Origin: Longimicrobiales bacterium
GTDB taxonomy: Bacteria; Gemmatimonadota; Gemmatimonadetes; Longimicrobiales; Gaopeijiaceae
Length of the DNA stretch: 64,000 bases
NCBI GenBank assembly: GCA_035458765.1
Contig: DATHZE010000048.1
Span: forward strand, 4,996-68,995
Direction of reading: 5' to 3'
Position 1 is the stretch's first letter, and each line of letters starts with the position of its first letter. A program made the translations under genes and the position numbers. This document shows positions 17,837 to 31,100 of the stretch, piece after piece. The notes under the pieces are model-generated. The model saw nothing but the letters and a program-made list of their open reading frames with translations. It did not search any database and was not told where the DNA came from.

Positions 17837-19942
17837 ATGAAGCACACTTTCTTGCGGTTCACAGGCGCGCTCGCCGTGGCGGTCGCCGTCTGGCCCGCAG
17901 CAGCCCAGCAGACCACCACCATGCCCCCGGGGTATGTCCCGGAGTTCGGCACCATGTGGACGTTCGACGCGCCCCCACTGGATTACTGGCAGTCGCGGTA
18001 CTCGTTCAACGCAACCCGGAGTTGGCTCGACCACCTGCGCCTCGCGGCGGTGCGGCTGCCCGGGTGCTCCGCGTCCTTCGTGTCCGCGGACGGCCTGGTC
18101 ATGACGAACCATCACTGCGCCCGTTCGTGCATCTCGGCGGTGTCTCCCGAGACACCCGACTATCTGCACGCCGGCTTCACCGCGCCGACCAGGGCCGAGG
18201 AGTTGAGCTGTCCCAATCTGTATGTAGATCAATTGGTGGGAATCGAGGACGTGACCGACCGGATCCGCGGCATGGTGACCGCCGCCTCCGACGCGCAGCG
18301 CGTGGCCCAACGTGAGGCTGCCGTGGCGTCGCTCCAGGCCTCGTGCCAGGAGAGCTCGGGCAATCGGTGCCAGGTGGTGAGGTTCTACAACGGCGGGATG
18401 TACTCGCTGTACCAATACCGCCGCTTCGACGACCTGCGCCTGGTCATGGCGCCCGAGCTCGAGGCCGCGTTCTTCGGCGGGGATCCCGACAACTTCACCT
18501 ACCCCCGCTACGACCTGGACGTGACGTTCCTGCGGGTCTACGAGGGTGGCCGGCCGTACCAACCGGAGCACTACCTGTCGTGGAGCGCCGCCGGCGCAGC
18601 CGAGGGTGAGCCCGTCTTCGTGGTGGGCAACCCGGGTTCGACGGGCCGGCTCCTGACCCTGGCCCAGATGGAGTACCTCCGGGACGTGGACCACCCGGCC
18701 CGTCTGACGGACTACGACCGCCGTCTCGAGGTCCTGTACGCCCTCGTCGCCAAGGACCCGGAGGCGGCAAGGCGCTACGAGAACACCATCTTCGGCATCG
18801 AGAACTCCAAGAAGGCCTACACGGGATACCAGGCCGGCCTCCTGGATCCGTCCATCATGGCGCGCAAGAAGGCCTTCGAGGACGACTTCCGGGGACGCAT
18901 CGCGGCGGACCCGGCCCTGCAGGCGCAGTTCGGCGATGCGTGGGGCGAGATCGCCGATGCGGAACTGGAGTTGGCGACCTTCTCCACCCAGGCGCGGTAC
19001 TACGGGTTCGGCGGCTCCACCCTCCTGACCCGCGCCGTGAATCTCGTCCGCGTGGCGCGGCAGGCCGGACTTCCCGATGCCCAGCGGATTCCGACGCTCC
19101 GGGGCGAAGGGCTCGACAGCGCCCGCCAGGCGCTCCTTCTGGACGAGCCCGTGGACCTGGCGCTGGAGCAGATGCAGTTGGCCCAGTGGCTCGGCACGGC
19201 CCGGGACGAGTTGGGAGCGCAGGATCCGTTGGTGCGGGCGCTGCTGGGGGTACGCACGCCCGAAGCGGCCGCGGAGCGCTTCATCCGGGAGAGCCTGCTC
19301 ATCTCCGTGGACGAGCGGCGGCCCCTCGTCGAAGGAGGCGTCGCGGCCGTGGACGGGTGCGTCGACCCCCTGGTGGCCGCCATGCGCAGCCTGGAGCCCA
19401 TCGCCAACTCGTACCTGACGCGTTCCCTGGACCTCAACACCGTCATTTCATCCAACACCGAGAAGATCGGCCAGGCCATCTACGCCGCCTACGGGAAGGC
19501 GCTTCCACCCGACGCGACCTTCACGCTGCGGATCAGCGACGGCGTGGTGAAGGGATTCCCGTACAACGGGACCATCGCGCCCTACAAGACCACGTTGTAC
19601 GGACTCTATGCCCGCAGCGCCGACTTCGACGACAAGCCGCCGTTCGAGCTTTCGGAGCGGTGGAAGCTGGCCGAAGGGAACGTGGACATGAAGACCCCCA
19701 TCAATTTCGTCTCCACTGCGGACATCATCGGCGGCAATTCGGGGAGCCCCCTGGTGAACCGGGCCGGCGAAGTGGTGGGCCTCGCCTTCGACGGCAACAT
19801 CGAGATGCTTCCCAACAAGTTCATCTTCACCGACGAGGTATCGCGGACCGTGAGCGTGCATTCCAGCGCCATCATCGAGGCCCTGCGCAACGTTTACGGC
19901 GCCGGACACATCGCCGACGAACTCCGGGGTGGGCGGCAGTAG
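17837..19942 (+). CDS. S46 family dipeptidyl peptidase (DPP7/DPP11 type)
   Basis: MTNHHCARSC (His) and IGGNSGSPLVN (Ser). Signal peptide. ATG 17837 is preceded by GGAGGAG. Confidence 0.88.
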   Translation: MKHTFLRFTGALAVAVAVWPAAAQQTTTMPPGYVPEFGTMWTFDAPPLDYWQSRYSFNATRSWLDHLRLAAVRLPGCSASFVSADGLVMTNHHCARSCISAVSPETPDYLHAGFTAPTRAEELSCPNLYVDQLVGIEDVTDRIRGMVTAASDAQRVAQREAAVASLQASCQESSGNRCQVVRFYNGGMYSLYQYRRFDDLRLVMAPELEAAFFGGDPDNFTYPRYDLDVTFLRVYEGGRPYQPEHYLSWSAAGAAEGEPVFVVGNPGSTGRLLTLAQMEYLRDVDHPARLTDYDRRLEVLYALVAKDPEAARRYENTIFGIENSKKAYTGYQAGLLDPSIMARKKAFEDDFRGRIAADPALQAQFGDAWGEIADAELELATFSTQARYYGFGGSTLLTRAVNLVRVARQAGLPDAQRIPTLRGEGLDSARQALLLDEPVDLALEQMQLAQWLGTARDELGAQDPLVRALLGVRTPEAAAERFIRESLLISVDERRPLVEGGVAAVDGCVDPLVAAMRSLEPIANSYLTRSLDLNTVISSNTEKIGQAIYAAYGKALPPDATFTLRISDGVVKGFPYNGTIAPYKTTLYGLYARSADFDDKPPFELSERWKLAEGNVDMKTPINFVSTADIIGGNSGSPLVNRAGEVVGLAFDGNIEMLPNKFIFTDEVSRTVSVHSSAIIEALRNVYGAGHIADELRGGRQ

Positions 19943-20015
19943 GCGCACGTGAGGGGAGGGGCCCGTCCCGCGCCTGGTCGGGGCGGGCCGCACCTTCCGC
20001 GGTCGGCATGAGCTC

Positions 20016-20876
20016 ATGAAATGGATCCCCGTGACCCTGGGCGCCCTCGCTCTGGTCGGGTGCATGAGCGCCGCCGCATTCAGCCTGGGAGGGATCGCGT
20101 GGAGCCGTGCCTCTGAGCGTATGCGCCGGGAGATGCGGGACGGAGCGATCAGACCCCCGCCGGTGGCGCCGGGCGATGTCTCCCTGCCTGAGCCGGTAGC
20201 CCGATACCTGGCTCGGTCCATTCCACCCGGTGCGGATCCCATCGGGACGGCCCGGCTCCAGCAGGAGGGGGAGTTCCGGACCGGTGAGGGCCCGGAGGGG
20301 TGGAGGACGTTCACCGCCGACCAGGTGGTGCGCACGTACCCGCCCGCCTTTCTTTGGGACGCCCGGATCTCCATGGCGCCGCTCGTGACCGTGAGGGTGC
20401 GAGACGGGTATGGCGACGGTCAGGGGGCGATGGCGGCGAAGGTCGGCGGGCTGATCCCGGTGATGGACGCGCTGCCGACGCCGGAGCTGGCCCGCGCCGC
20501 GTTGGAGCGGTATCTGGCCGAGGCGGCGTGGACGCCGAGCCGTCTCCTCCCCGGGCACGGGCTGACGTGGGAGGGGGCCGACGACTCCTCCGCGGTGGCG
20601 ACGCTCACGGACCGCGGTCTCTCGGTGTCGGTGACGGTGTCGTTCAGCGCGGATGGGGACGTGGTTCGGGTGTTCGTCCCCGATCGTGGCCGGGAAGTGG
20701 ACGGTGCCTACGTGCCCACGCCCTGGCTCGGCAGGTTCTGGGACCACGGGCCCGCGCCGGATGGGTATCGCATCCCCCGGCAGGGTGAAGTGGCGTGGGT
20801 CCTCGACGGGGACACGGTGCCGTACTGGCGCGGCCGGTTGACGTCGGTGGGGTATGGACGCCGTCCGGATGCGTGA
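20016..20876 (+). CDS. membrane-anchored conserved hypothetical protein (resembles the DUF6544 type, from memory)
   Basis: N-terminal TM/lipobox-like LALVGC, then LPEPVARYL...RVRDGY...LERYLAEAAWTPS. High GC3. Family assignment is unverified. Confidence 0.7.
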   Translation: MKWIPVTLGALALVGCMSAAAFSLGGIAWSRASERMRREMRDGAIRPPPVAPGDVSLPEPVARYLARSIPPGADPIGTARLQQEGEFRTGEGPEGWRTFTADQVVRTYPPAFLWDARISMAPLVTVRVRDGYGDGQGAMAAKVGGLIPVMDALPTPELARAALERYLAEAAWTPSRLLPGHGLTWEGADDSSAVATLTDRGLSVSVTVSFSADGDVVRVFVPDRGREVDGAYVPTPWLGRFWDHGPAPDGYRIPRQGEVAWVLDGDTVPYWRGRLTSVGYGRRPDA

Positions 20877-20976
20877 CACTTCTTGGCGAGGGTCGCCGGT
20901 ACACCTAGCTTCTTCGCCCGCAACCGACTCCGCCCGTACGGGCCGGCACTGCCTGCCTGCCGCAAGGATGCTGCAT

Positions 20977-22623
20977 ATGCGCCGACTTGTTCTCGCCATC
21001 GCCATGCTCCTCCTCGCGTCCGAGGGAGGCGCGGCCCAGGAGACCCCGGTCTTCACCCGCGCGGATACGCTGCGCGGCTCCATCGGACCCGCCAGGGCCT
21101 GGTGGGATGCGACGTTCTACGACCTGCACGTGCGGGTCAACCCCGGAGACAGCACGATCGCGGGCCGGAATGCGATCACTTACCGGGTGCTCGCACCGGG
21201 CAATGAAATGCAGATCGACCTCCAGCCTCCTCTGGAGGTGGACAGCATGGTCCAGGCCGGGGTCCGCCTTCGCTACCGCCGCGACGGCAACGCCTTCTTC
21301 GTGGCGCTGCAGTCGGAGCAGCGAACGGGGGAGGTGCGCACCGTGACGGTCCACTACGGTGGTAGGCCGGTGGTCGCGCAGCGGCCGCCCTGGGACGGGG
21401 GCTTCATCTGGCGGGAGGACGGACGCGGAAACCCCTGGGTGGCCACGGCCAACCAGGGCCTGGGCGCCAGCGTTTGGTGGCCCAACAAGGACCACGGGAG
21501 CGAAGAGCCGGACAGCCAGCGCATCGCCGTCACGGTGCCCACCCCCATGGTGAACGTCTCCAACGGGCGTCTGCGCAGCACCACCATCAACGACGACGGG
21601 ACCACCACCTTCGAGTGGTTCGTCACCGAGCCCATCAACAACTACGGCATCTCGGTGAACGCCGGGACGTATGCCCACTGGCAGGAGATCTACGAGGGCG
21701 AGGACGGCGATCTGACGATGGACTACTGGCCCCTGGCGGAGAACGAGGCCGACGCAAGACGCCAGTGGACTCAGGCACGGTCGGTGATGCAGTGCTTCGA
21801 GAACTGGTTTGGGCCGTACCCGTTCTATGCGGACGGATTCAAGCTGGTGGAAGCGCCCCATCTCGGCATGGAGCACCAGAGCGCGGTGGCTTATGGGAAC
21901 GGTTACCGGAACGGCTACCTGGGCAGGGACCTTTCGGGGACGGGGCAGGGGCTCAAATGGGACTTCATCATCATCCACGAGGCGGCCCACGAGTGGTTCG
22001 CGAACAACATCACGGCCAAGGACGAAGCCGACATGTGGATCCACGAGAGCTTCGCCAACTACTCGGAGAACCTGTACACCGAGTGCCTGACCGGGTCCAA
22101 GGAGGCCGGGGCGGAGTATGTCGTGGGAACCCGCGCGGGCATCCGGAACGACCGGCCGGTCCAGGGTCGCTTCGGGGTGAACCATCCGGGCTCGGGAGAC
22201 ATGTACCCCAAGGGCGGCAACCTGCTGCACACCATCCGGCAACTCCTGGAGGACGACGACAAGTGGCGCGGGATCCTCCGGGGTCTCAACAGGACCTTCC
22301 GGCACCAGACCGTGACGGGGGCACAGGTGGAGGCGTACATCTCCAGGGAGTCTGGGATCGACCTGACGGAGATGTTCGATCAATACCTGCGCACCACCAT
22401 GGTGCCGGTGCTGGAGTATCGGCTGGAGGGCTCGGAACTCTCCTACCGGTGGGTGAACATCGTGCCTGGTTTCGACATGCCGGTTCGCGTCGACCTGGGG
22501 AGCGGGACCTTCACGTGGATCCAGCCCAAGGGTGCGTGGCAGACCGTCGAAACGACGCTGGGGTCCGCCGCGGCCTTCGCGGTGGACCCCAGCTTCTACG
22601 TCGAGGCTCGGGAGACCGGTTGA
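20977..22623 (+). CDS. M1 family aminopeptidase
   Basis: HEAAHEWF ... WIHESFANY (HExxH + E) and a GMEH exopeptidase-like motif. Signal peptide MRRLVLAIAMLLLA. ATG 20977 lies 8 nt after AAGGA. ATG 20968 is the alternative. Confidence 0.88.
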   Translation: MRRLVLAIAMLLLASEGGAAQETPVFTRADTLRGSIGPARAWWDATFYDLHVRVNPGDSTIAGRNAITYRVLAPGNEMQIDLQPPLEVDSMVQAGVRLRYRRDGNAFFVALQSEQRTGEVRTVTVHYGGRPVVAQRPPWDGGFIWREDGRGNPWVATANQGLGASVWWPNKDHGSEEPDSQRIAVTVPTPMVNVSNGRLRSTTINDDGTTTFEWFVTEPINNYGISVNAGTYAHWQEIYEGEDGDLTMDYWPLAENEADARRQWTQARSVMQCFENWFGPYPFYADGFKLVEAPHLGMEHQSAVAYGNGYRNGYLGRDLSGTGQGLKWDFIIIHEAAHEWFANNITAKDEADMWIHESFANYSENLYTECLTGSKEAGAEYVVGTRAGIRNDRPVQGRFGVNHPGSGDMYPKGGNLLHTIRQLLEDDDKWRGILRGLNRTFRHQTVTGAQVEAYISRESGIDLTEMFDQYLRTTMVPVLEYRLEGSELSYRWVNIVPGFDMPVRVDLGSGTFTWIQPKGAWQTVETTLGSAAAFAVDPSFYVEARETG

Positions 22624-22626
22624 GCG

Positions 22627-24366
22627 TCACTCGCCCCGCTTGATGATGCTCTCCTGGATCTCGATGAACGTGTTGATGTTCTGCGTCAGTTGGGCCATGT
22701 CCACGTTGACCGTTGCCGGGTAGTCGCCGGCACTCCCGAAGAGCTCGCGCGCGCGAAGGAACCTGGGGAGCGTGGCCTGGGCCGTCTCCACGGTTCGCGG
22801 CTCCTGCTGGGTCACGGCCGCCTGGAAGATGCTCCAGCCCAGCCAGAAATCGATCTGCTGTCTCATGCCGGTCGAGAGGTTGGGAATCGCACGGGCGGCG
22901 GTGAGGGAGGCTTCCGACACGCCCCACTTCTTGGGCTGGACGCCCTTGGCGTACGCGTCCGCCAGGACCATGCGTCCAGCGGCGTCGGCCTGGGACGGGT
23001 CGGCGGCTGCCAGCCCCTTGAGGACCTCCACCCCTTCGGTGACGCGTCCGGCGTCCATGAGCCACTTGGCCTGGCGGAGGTCCAGGTTGGGGTAGGCCGG
23101 GTCCATGGCCCGAACCCTCTCCAGCGCGCGGATGGCATCGGGGAGACGTCCGGCACGCTGGAGCGCGTCGCCGTACGTGGACCAGAGTCCCGGGTCTTCG
23201 GCATGGGTCTTCACCACTTCTTCAGCCATGGCGACGGCCTCGGCCGCTTCACCGAGTTGGACCAATGCGGCCACGATGCTGCGCAGCTCGCCGGCGGGCG
23301 TCTCCGGCCCCTTCGCGACGTAGACCCGCTGGTAGGCGTCGATGGCCTGTCGGTAGTATTCCACTGCCGCGGGTGCCAGACCACCCGCGTCGTTGCCCGT
23401 CTGCTTCTGTTCCTCGTTGATGCGCTGGCCGGCCGCGAAGGCGAAGCCACCCAGCTGCTCCCAGAGGTCGATGTTCTCCGGGTCCTGGTCGAGTCCCACC
23501 TCGATGAGTTGGGCTGCGCCGGCGGGGTCACCGGCTTGGGCCAACTCGTAGGCGATCTTCATTCGGACGGCCGCGCTTCCGGGGTTGAGCGCCAGGTACC
23601 GGTCGTAGTAGACCAGCGCCTCATCTTCGAGCCCCTCCACGGCAGCCACGTACCCGGCGAGCTGCAGCGCGTCCTGGTGAACCGGGTCCTGTTCCAGGAC
23701 CCTCTGGAGTTCCGTCAGCGCCTCGGGGTACCGATCGGCCTGGTACAGCACGAACGCACGCTGATATCGGGTGGCAACGGCCTTGGGGTTGAGCTCCAGG
23801 GCTCGATCGCAGTTCGCCAACGCCTCGTTCCATTGGCTGCTGGCGGCGTACTCCCGGCAGATGCCCGCCGCTCGGATCTGTTGGATGTACCGATCGAACT
23901 CGCCGAAGATGTGGCCGGCCGCCGCATCGGCGCCGTTGGCGGGAACCCGCGTCGGCGAGATGGCCAACATCTCGCTGGACGCGATGTCCCAGACCTCGGC
24001 CTCCACCCTGAACCCATCCCCGTCGGGAGCGTACGTGGCGCACACGGCAACCTGGGAACCCATCTGGGCGGCCAGCTGGCGTCCCGTGATACAGTCCAGG
24101 CTTTCACGATCGACCTTGAGCCCCTTCAGGGTCTTGTCCATGTCCTTCCGGGACACGGCCTCGTGGGTCATGAGCGTGTTCATCCGCGTCCTCAGCGCCT
24201 CGGCGGCGTTTTCGCCGAACTTCCGCGCGGCGTCGGACTGGGGCGCGAAGTCGGGGATGAGGACGGTGAATTTCCCCGTGATCTCCTGAGCCGGAAGCGT
24301 GGATGCGGGGATAAAGAAGAGCGCCAACGAAAAGCGAACGAGCGAGCGCTGTGAGCGTCGCCTCAT
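22627..24366 (-). CDS. secreted TPR repeat protein
   Basis: Signal-like N-terminus and many TPR-like helices. GGGAGG SD. Its stop lies 3 nt from the convergent M1 stop. Confidence 0.8.
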   Translation of the reverse strand: MRRRSQRSLVRFSLALFFIPASTLPAQEITGKFTVLIPDFAPQSDAARKFGENAAEALRTRMNTLMTHEAVSRKDMDKTLKGLKVDRESLDCITGRQLAAQMGSQVAVCATYAPDGDGFRVEAEVWDIASSEMLAISPTRVPANGADAAAGHIFGEFDRYIQQIRAAGICREYAASSQWNEALANCDRALELNPKAVATRYQRAFVLYQADRYPEALTELQRVLEQDPVHQDALQLAGYVAAVEGLEDEALVYYDRYLALNPGSAAVRMKIAYELAQAGDPAGAAQLIEVGLDQDPENIDLWEQLGGFAFAAGQRINEEQKQTGNDAGGLAPAAVEYYRQAIDAYQRVYVAKGPETPAGELRSIVAALVQLGEAAEAVAMAEEVVKTHAEDPGLWSTYGDALQRAGRLPDAIRALERVRAMDPAYPNLDLRQAKWLMDAGRVTEGVEVLKGLAAADPSQADAAGRMVLADAYAKGVQPKKWGVSEASLTAARAIPNLSTGMRQQIDFWLGWSIFQAAVTQQEPRTVETAQATLPRFLRARELFGSAGDYPATVNVDMAQLTQNINTFIEIQESIIKRGE

Positions 24367-24651
24367 GATCGACCTCCCCGGGGTTCGTCCCCGTTCCAGG
24401 TTGCCAATGGGCCTGGCGGTCGGTCAGGAGTGGGAGGTCCTTCGTCCCTGAGGGGCGGAGGGGCAAGGAATGCCGCCAAGCCATGTTCAATTATACACAA
24501 GACGGGAGGTGGGGTTACATGGGTGGGCGACCCGGGCCCAAAACGGAGGGCGTGGCTGCTGGAGGATCTTCTGCCGCCGGCTCGGTTGACGTAGCTTGGG
24601 ATCGCGAAAGGCGGCAGGGGAACGTTCGAACGCCAGCGGAGCGGACGCGTC

Positions 24652-25164
24652 ATGGCAGAGCAGGACAGGGGAGCCTCCAGACGGATTCTAGTCGGTAATG
24701 ACGCGAAGGGCTCGGCGCTCATCGGCGCCAGCCTCTGGCCCATGCTGGCCTTGGCCGGGATCGCGCTGCTGGCGGTGGGCCTGTCGGACCTGGCGCTCGC
24801 CTGGTACCCCCCACTTTTCGGCAACCGGGAGTGGGAGTTCGGAACCGTTACGGCGACGCTGAATGGGCTCCCGGTGGTGCTGATGGGTGCGGTCTTTGCG
24901 TATCTCGGCGCCGCCAACCGCGGGATGGTCCGCACCACGCGGCTCATCGGCGTGGTTTCGCTTCTGGGTGCGCTCTGCATCGTGGCCATGGCCGGACTGT
25001 ACCTCACGAATGTGCCTCTGGCACTCCAGTCCGTCGAGGGGCCGATCCTCCTGGGGGTGAAGAAGGCCATCGCCAAGTCACTGGTTCAGAGCGTGGTTTA
25101 CCCCATCACGTTTGGAGTCCTCGGCGTCCGGGCGCTGCGCCACTTCCGCTCAGCAACGGGCTGA
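24652..25164 (+). CDS. small integral membrane protein, unknown function
   Basis: About four hydrophobic segments, high GC3, no recognisable motif. Confidence 0.6.
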   Translation: MAEQDRGASRRILVGNDAKGSALIGASLWPMLALAGIALLAVGLSDLALAWYPPLFGNREWEFGTVTATLNGLPVVLMGAVFAYLGAANRGMVRTTRLIGVVSLLGALCIVAMAGLYLTNVPLALQSVEGPILLGVKKAIAKSLVQSVVYPITFGVLGVRALRHFRSATG

Positions 25165-25286
25165 TGACTTAAGGATTCCACGTGGCCGCGGATTGAGCGC
25201 GTCGGGCTGGTCGCCGGCTTGCCGGGTGGGTGAACCGATCCTACCGTGCCTTCTCCCATCCCCCGAGCAAGAAGGAGTGGCGAGCC

Positions 25287-28031
<2,745 letters not shown>

Positions 28032-28060
28032 GTCGCCCTCGGCGGTAGGGCAGAGGTGAC

Positions 28061-28090
28061 GCGGGGGGGGCGCTAGCTGCGCCCCCCCGC
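28061..28090. terminator. GC-rich hairpin between convergent genes (terminator-like, no U-tract)
   Basis: GCGGGGGGGGCGC tagct GCGCCCCCCCGC: a 10-bp perfect stem plus 2 bp beyond a 1-nt bulge. Confidence 0.4.
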
Positions 28091-28121
28091 TGCGTTCAGG
28101 GTCCCGGCGCGGTCCCGAGGG

Positions 28122-31100
28122 TCAGCGCCTCCGGATGCGGAGCGTCCGGATCTCCCATGGCTCCAAGCCGATCCCGGCCGCGGCCTCGGGGGCGGCGGTC
28201 CAGGGCCCCGTGCCCTCTTCCAGCAGGTCGGCCTCCTGCCACTCGAAGGGCCATGGGAACGTGAGGGTCGCCCGGGTCGCGCCGCCGTGGCGCTCGACCA
28301 GGCGGACCACGAGGTCGTCTCCGTCCTCGGCCATCTTCAGTGCGCCGAGCTCGACGCCGTCCACCTGGGCGAAGCCCCGGGCGCGCCCCTGGCCGGGGTG
28401 GGCCGACACGGCCACCGCCCGGAGGGGCTGGTTCATCTCCTCGGCGGCGGCTTCCGTGGCGCCCGAACGCCAATCGCCGTCGTGGACCAGCAGCGAGTAC
28501 TGGAAGCGCTGGGTGCCCCGGTCGGCCTCGGGGTCGGGATACGACGCCGCCTTGAGGAGGGTGAGGCGGAGCGTGTCCCCGCGGACGTCGTATCCGTATT
28601 TGGAGTCGTTGATCAAGCTCACCCCCCATCCCCCGGCGCTGGCATCGATCCACCGCTGGGTCGGCATCTCGAAGCGCGCGGTGTCCTTGGGGGTGATGGG
28701 CACCGACGGGCGCGCCATGGCGCCGTACGGGAGCTCCGCCCAGACGCTGTCGGCCCTCACGGCCAGGGGAAACGACGCCTTGAGGAGCCGGTGGTCGGCC
28801 CGCCATTCGGCCACGGTGGCGACGTCCAGTCGCGCCTCGTCGGCAGGCAGGAAGAGCCGCTGTTCGTAGTGCCCCCAGGCGTCGGCGCGGATCACGGTCA
28901 TGGACGAGCCGGTGGGGTCCGTGGTCACGGCGGTCGTGCGCACCGTATCCGCCACGGGAAACCAGGGTCCATCGACGCTGTCGATGTTCCAGGCGTCCCA
29001 TTGGAGCGGCGTGTCCACCATGGTCGCGAGGCGGTTGCCACCTCCTGCCGGAAGAAGCACTTCGCGTCCCCGGATCTTGTCGTGGACCCGCGCGAGCTCG
29101 CCGGTCACCGGATCCACCTCGACGCGGAGGCGGGCGTTCTCCAGCACGATGGGCGCTACCGCAGGCGTCGAGGTGGCGGCGGGCGTCCCGGGAGCGGGGG
29201 ATGCGCCGGAGCCCGGGCCGCTGGTGGCAGGCACCAGGAACACAACCTTGCCGCCCGTGGCGGGCACGTCGTCCACGCGGAAGTGGAGCGTGTCGCCGCG
29301 CACCGCCGACGGCAGATCACGCCCATCGCCGTCCACAACCCGAACGTCCCCACCTCGCCAGGGAAGGGCCACGGCGCCGGAGCGGACCCGGCCCGAAGGG
29401 TTGAGGACCACCCACGGGCGGGCCGCGTCGAAGAGAGGGCGGGTGTCGAGTGTTCGCGCCACCTGTTCGCCGGCGCGCTCCAGCGCCAACGTCGCCAGGC
29501 GTTGCGCCTCGCGGTAGTCGGCATCGGCGTCCAGGTAGATCTCCCCGATGCCCGATCCCGGCAGGATGTCATGGAACTGGTTGAAGAGGGTCCTCTCCCA
29601 TGCCTGGGTCAGGGCCCCGCGCGGGTAGTTGTACCACTCGTCGCCGGGGGGAAGTGTGGACGCATGGGCGGACAGGGCCTCGGCGGCGCCGAGGAGGCTC
29701 TCCATGCGCCGGTTCCATGCCTTGGTCTCGGCCTGGCTGGTGAAGACGCCCCGGTGGTACTCCAGATACAGTTCGTCGTCGATGACCGGGGCGTCGCCGC
29801 CGCCGTCGGCCCGCATGCGCTCCAGGGCCACGTTGGGCAGGTCGCCCCCGAGGTGTGGGTAGGTTGGCACGCGTTCCAGAGCCCGTCGGCGCTCCATCAT
29901 CTCCATGGTCGGCCCGCCGCCGTGGTCCCCCACGCCGTACAGCACCATCATCCGACCGCCTGGGGTGCTGTCGCGGCTCGCGATCCACTCGGCGCCCAGG
30001 CGGTCGCTCTCCAAATGGTGGGAGTACCCGTAGGGGACGTACGTGAGGATCCGCGATCCGTCGCGCCCCTGCCACCAGAACAGGTTCCGGTCCGCGCTCC
30101 ACTTGTCGGTGTCGTTCCAACGGAGCTTCTGGGTGACGAAGTAGTCGAAGCCCGCCTTCTTGAAGATCTGCGGGAGCGTCCACGCATATCCGAAGGTGTC
30201 CGGAATCCAGGCCACCCGTGCCTTGTTGCCGAAGATCCGTTGGAACGTGCGCTGCCCGTAGAGTCCCTGTCGGACCAGCGCCTCGCCCGACGGCACGTTC
30301 ACGTCGGGCTCCACCCACCAACCTCCGACGAGCTCCCAGCGGCCCTGGGTCGCCAGTTCCTTGATCTCTTCCAGGAGCGCCGGCTCGTACTGCTCGAGCC
30401 AGACGTAGTACTGGGCCGCCGACGCGGCGTACGTTGCCTCGGGGTACTTGGCCAGCAGCTTGGTCGCCGAACGCCAGGTGTTGCGCACCACGTCCACGGT
30501 CTCGGGCCAACGCCAGAGCCAGGCTGCGTCGATGTGCGAGTTCCCCACCAGGTCGATGGTGTCCGCGGTGATGGTGCGGGCGGCTGGTTCGAGGCGCTGC
30601 ATCCACTCGGTCACCAGGGCCCGGTACCGTGTCTTGTCAGGGTCGAGGCTCCGGGACAGAAGCTCCGTGGCCACGTCCCGGCCGGGGGAGACCGCAGCGG
30701 CATCACCCAGGAAGAAGCGGGCCCAACGGGCCCCCTGGTCCATCTCGAACCAACCCGCATCGGGCACCAGCAGGCGAGGGGGGTCCCACCAGGCTTCGCT
30801 GGCCGGACGGAGGGTCACGGCGAGGCTGTCGCCGGGGTTGCACGGACCGCACAGGGTCACCCTTCCGGTGGCATCGGGCCTCCGCACGGCGCCGTCGACG
30901 GTGAAGGCCGCCTCGGGTCCGAACTCCGCCGCGTCCATCTGGAGGGTGAGTCCGCCGAGCCCCCGCGGGATCCGGGTCCGAAACGTCAACTCCGCGGCCC
31001 GGCGGCGCACCCCGGCGTCCACTCCGTACGCGTCGGCGGTGGGCAGGGGCTGCCAGCTTCCTGCGGTGTCGCGCCACTGCCATCCATCCACCGCCACCGG

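Noticed and set aside
20933-20944. Short perfect palindromes in intergenic DNA: GCCCGTACGGGC at 20933-20944, GTGCGGACCGCAC at 52370-52382, and the GGCGGATC-agac-GATCCGCC hairpin at 37707-37726.
   Set aside because: Palindromes and stems of 6-8 bp are expected by chance many times in 64 kb of GC-rich sequence. They show no repetition or supporting promoter geometry.
24483-24698. 71-aa ORF in the TPR/membrane-protein intergenic region.
   Set aside because: Third-codon positions are mixed A/T/G/C, unlike all confident genes here. It has no motif and overlaps the start of the downstream gene.
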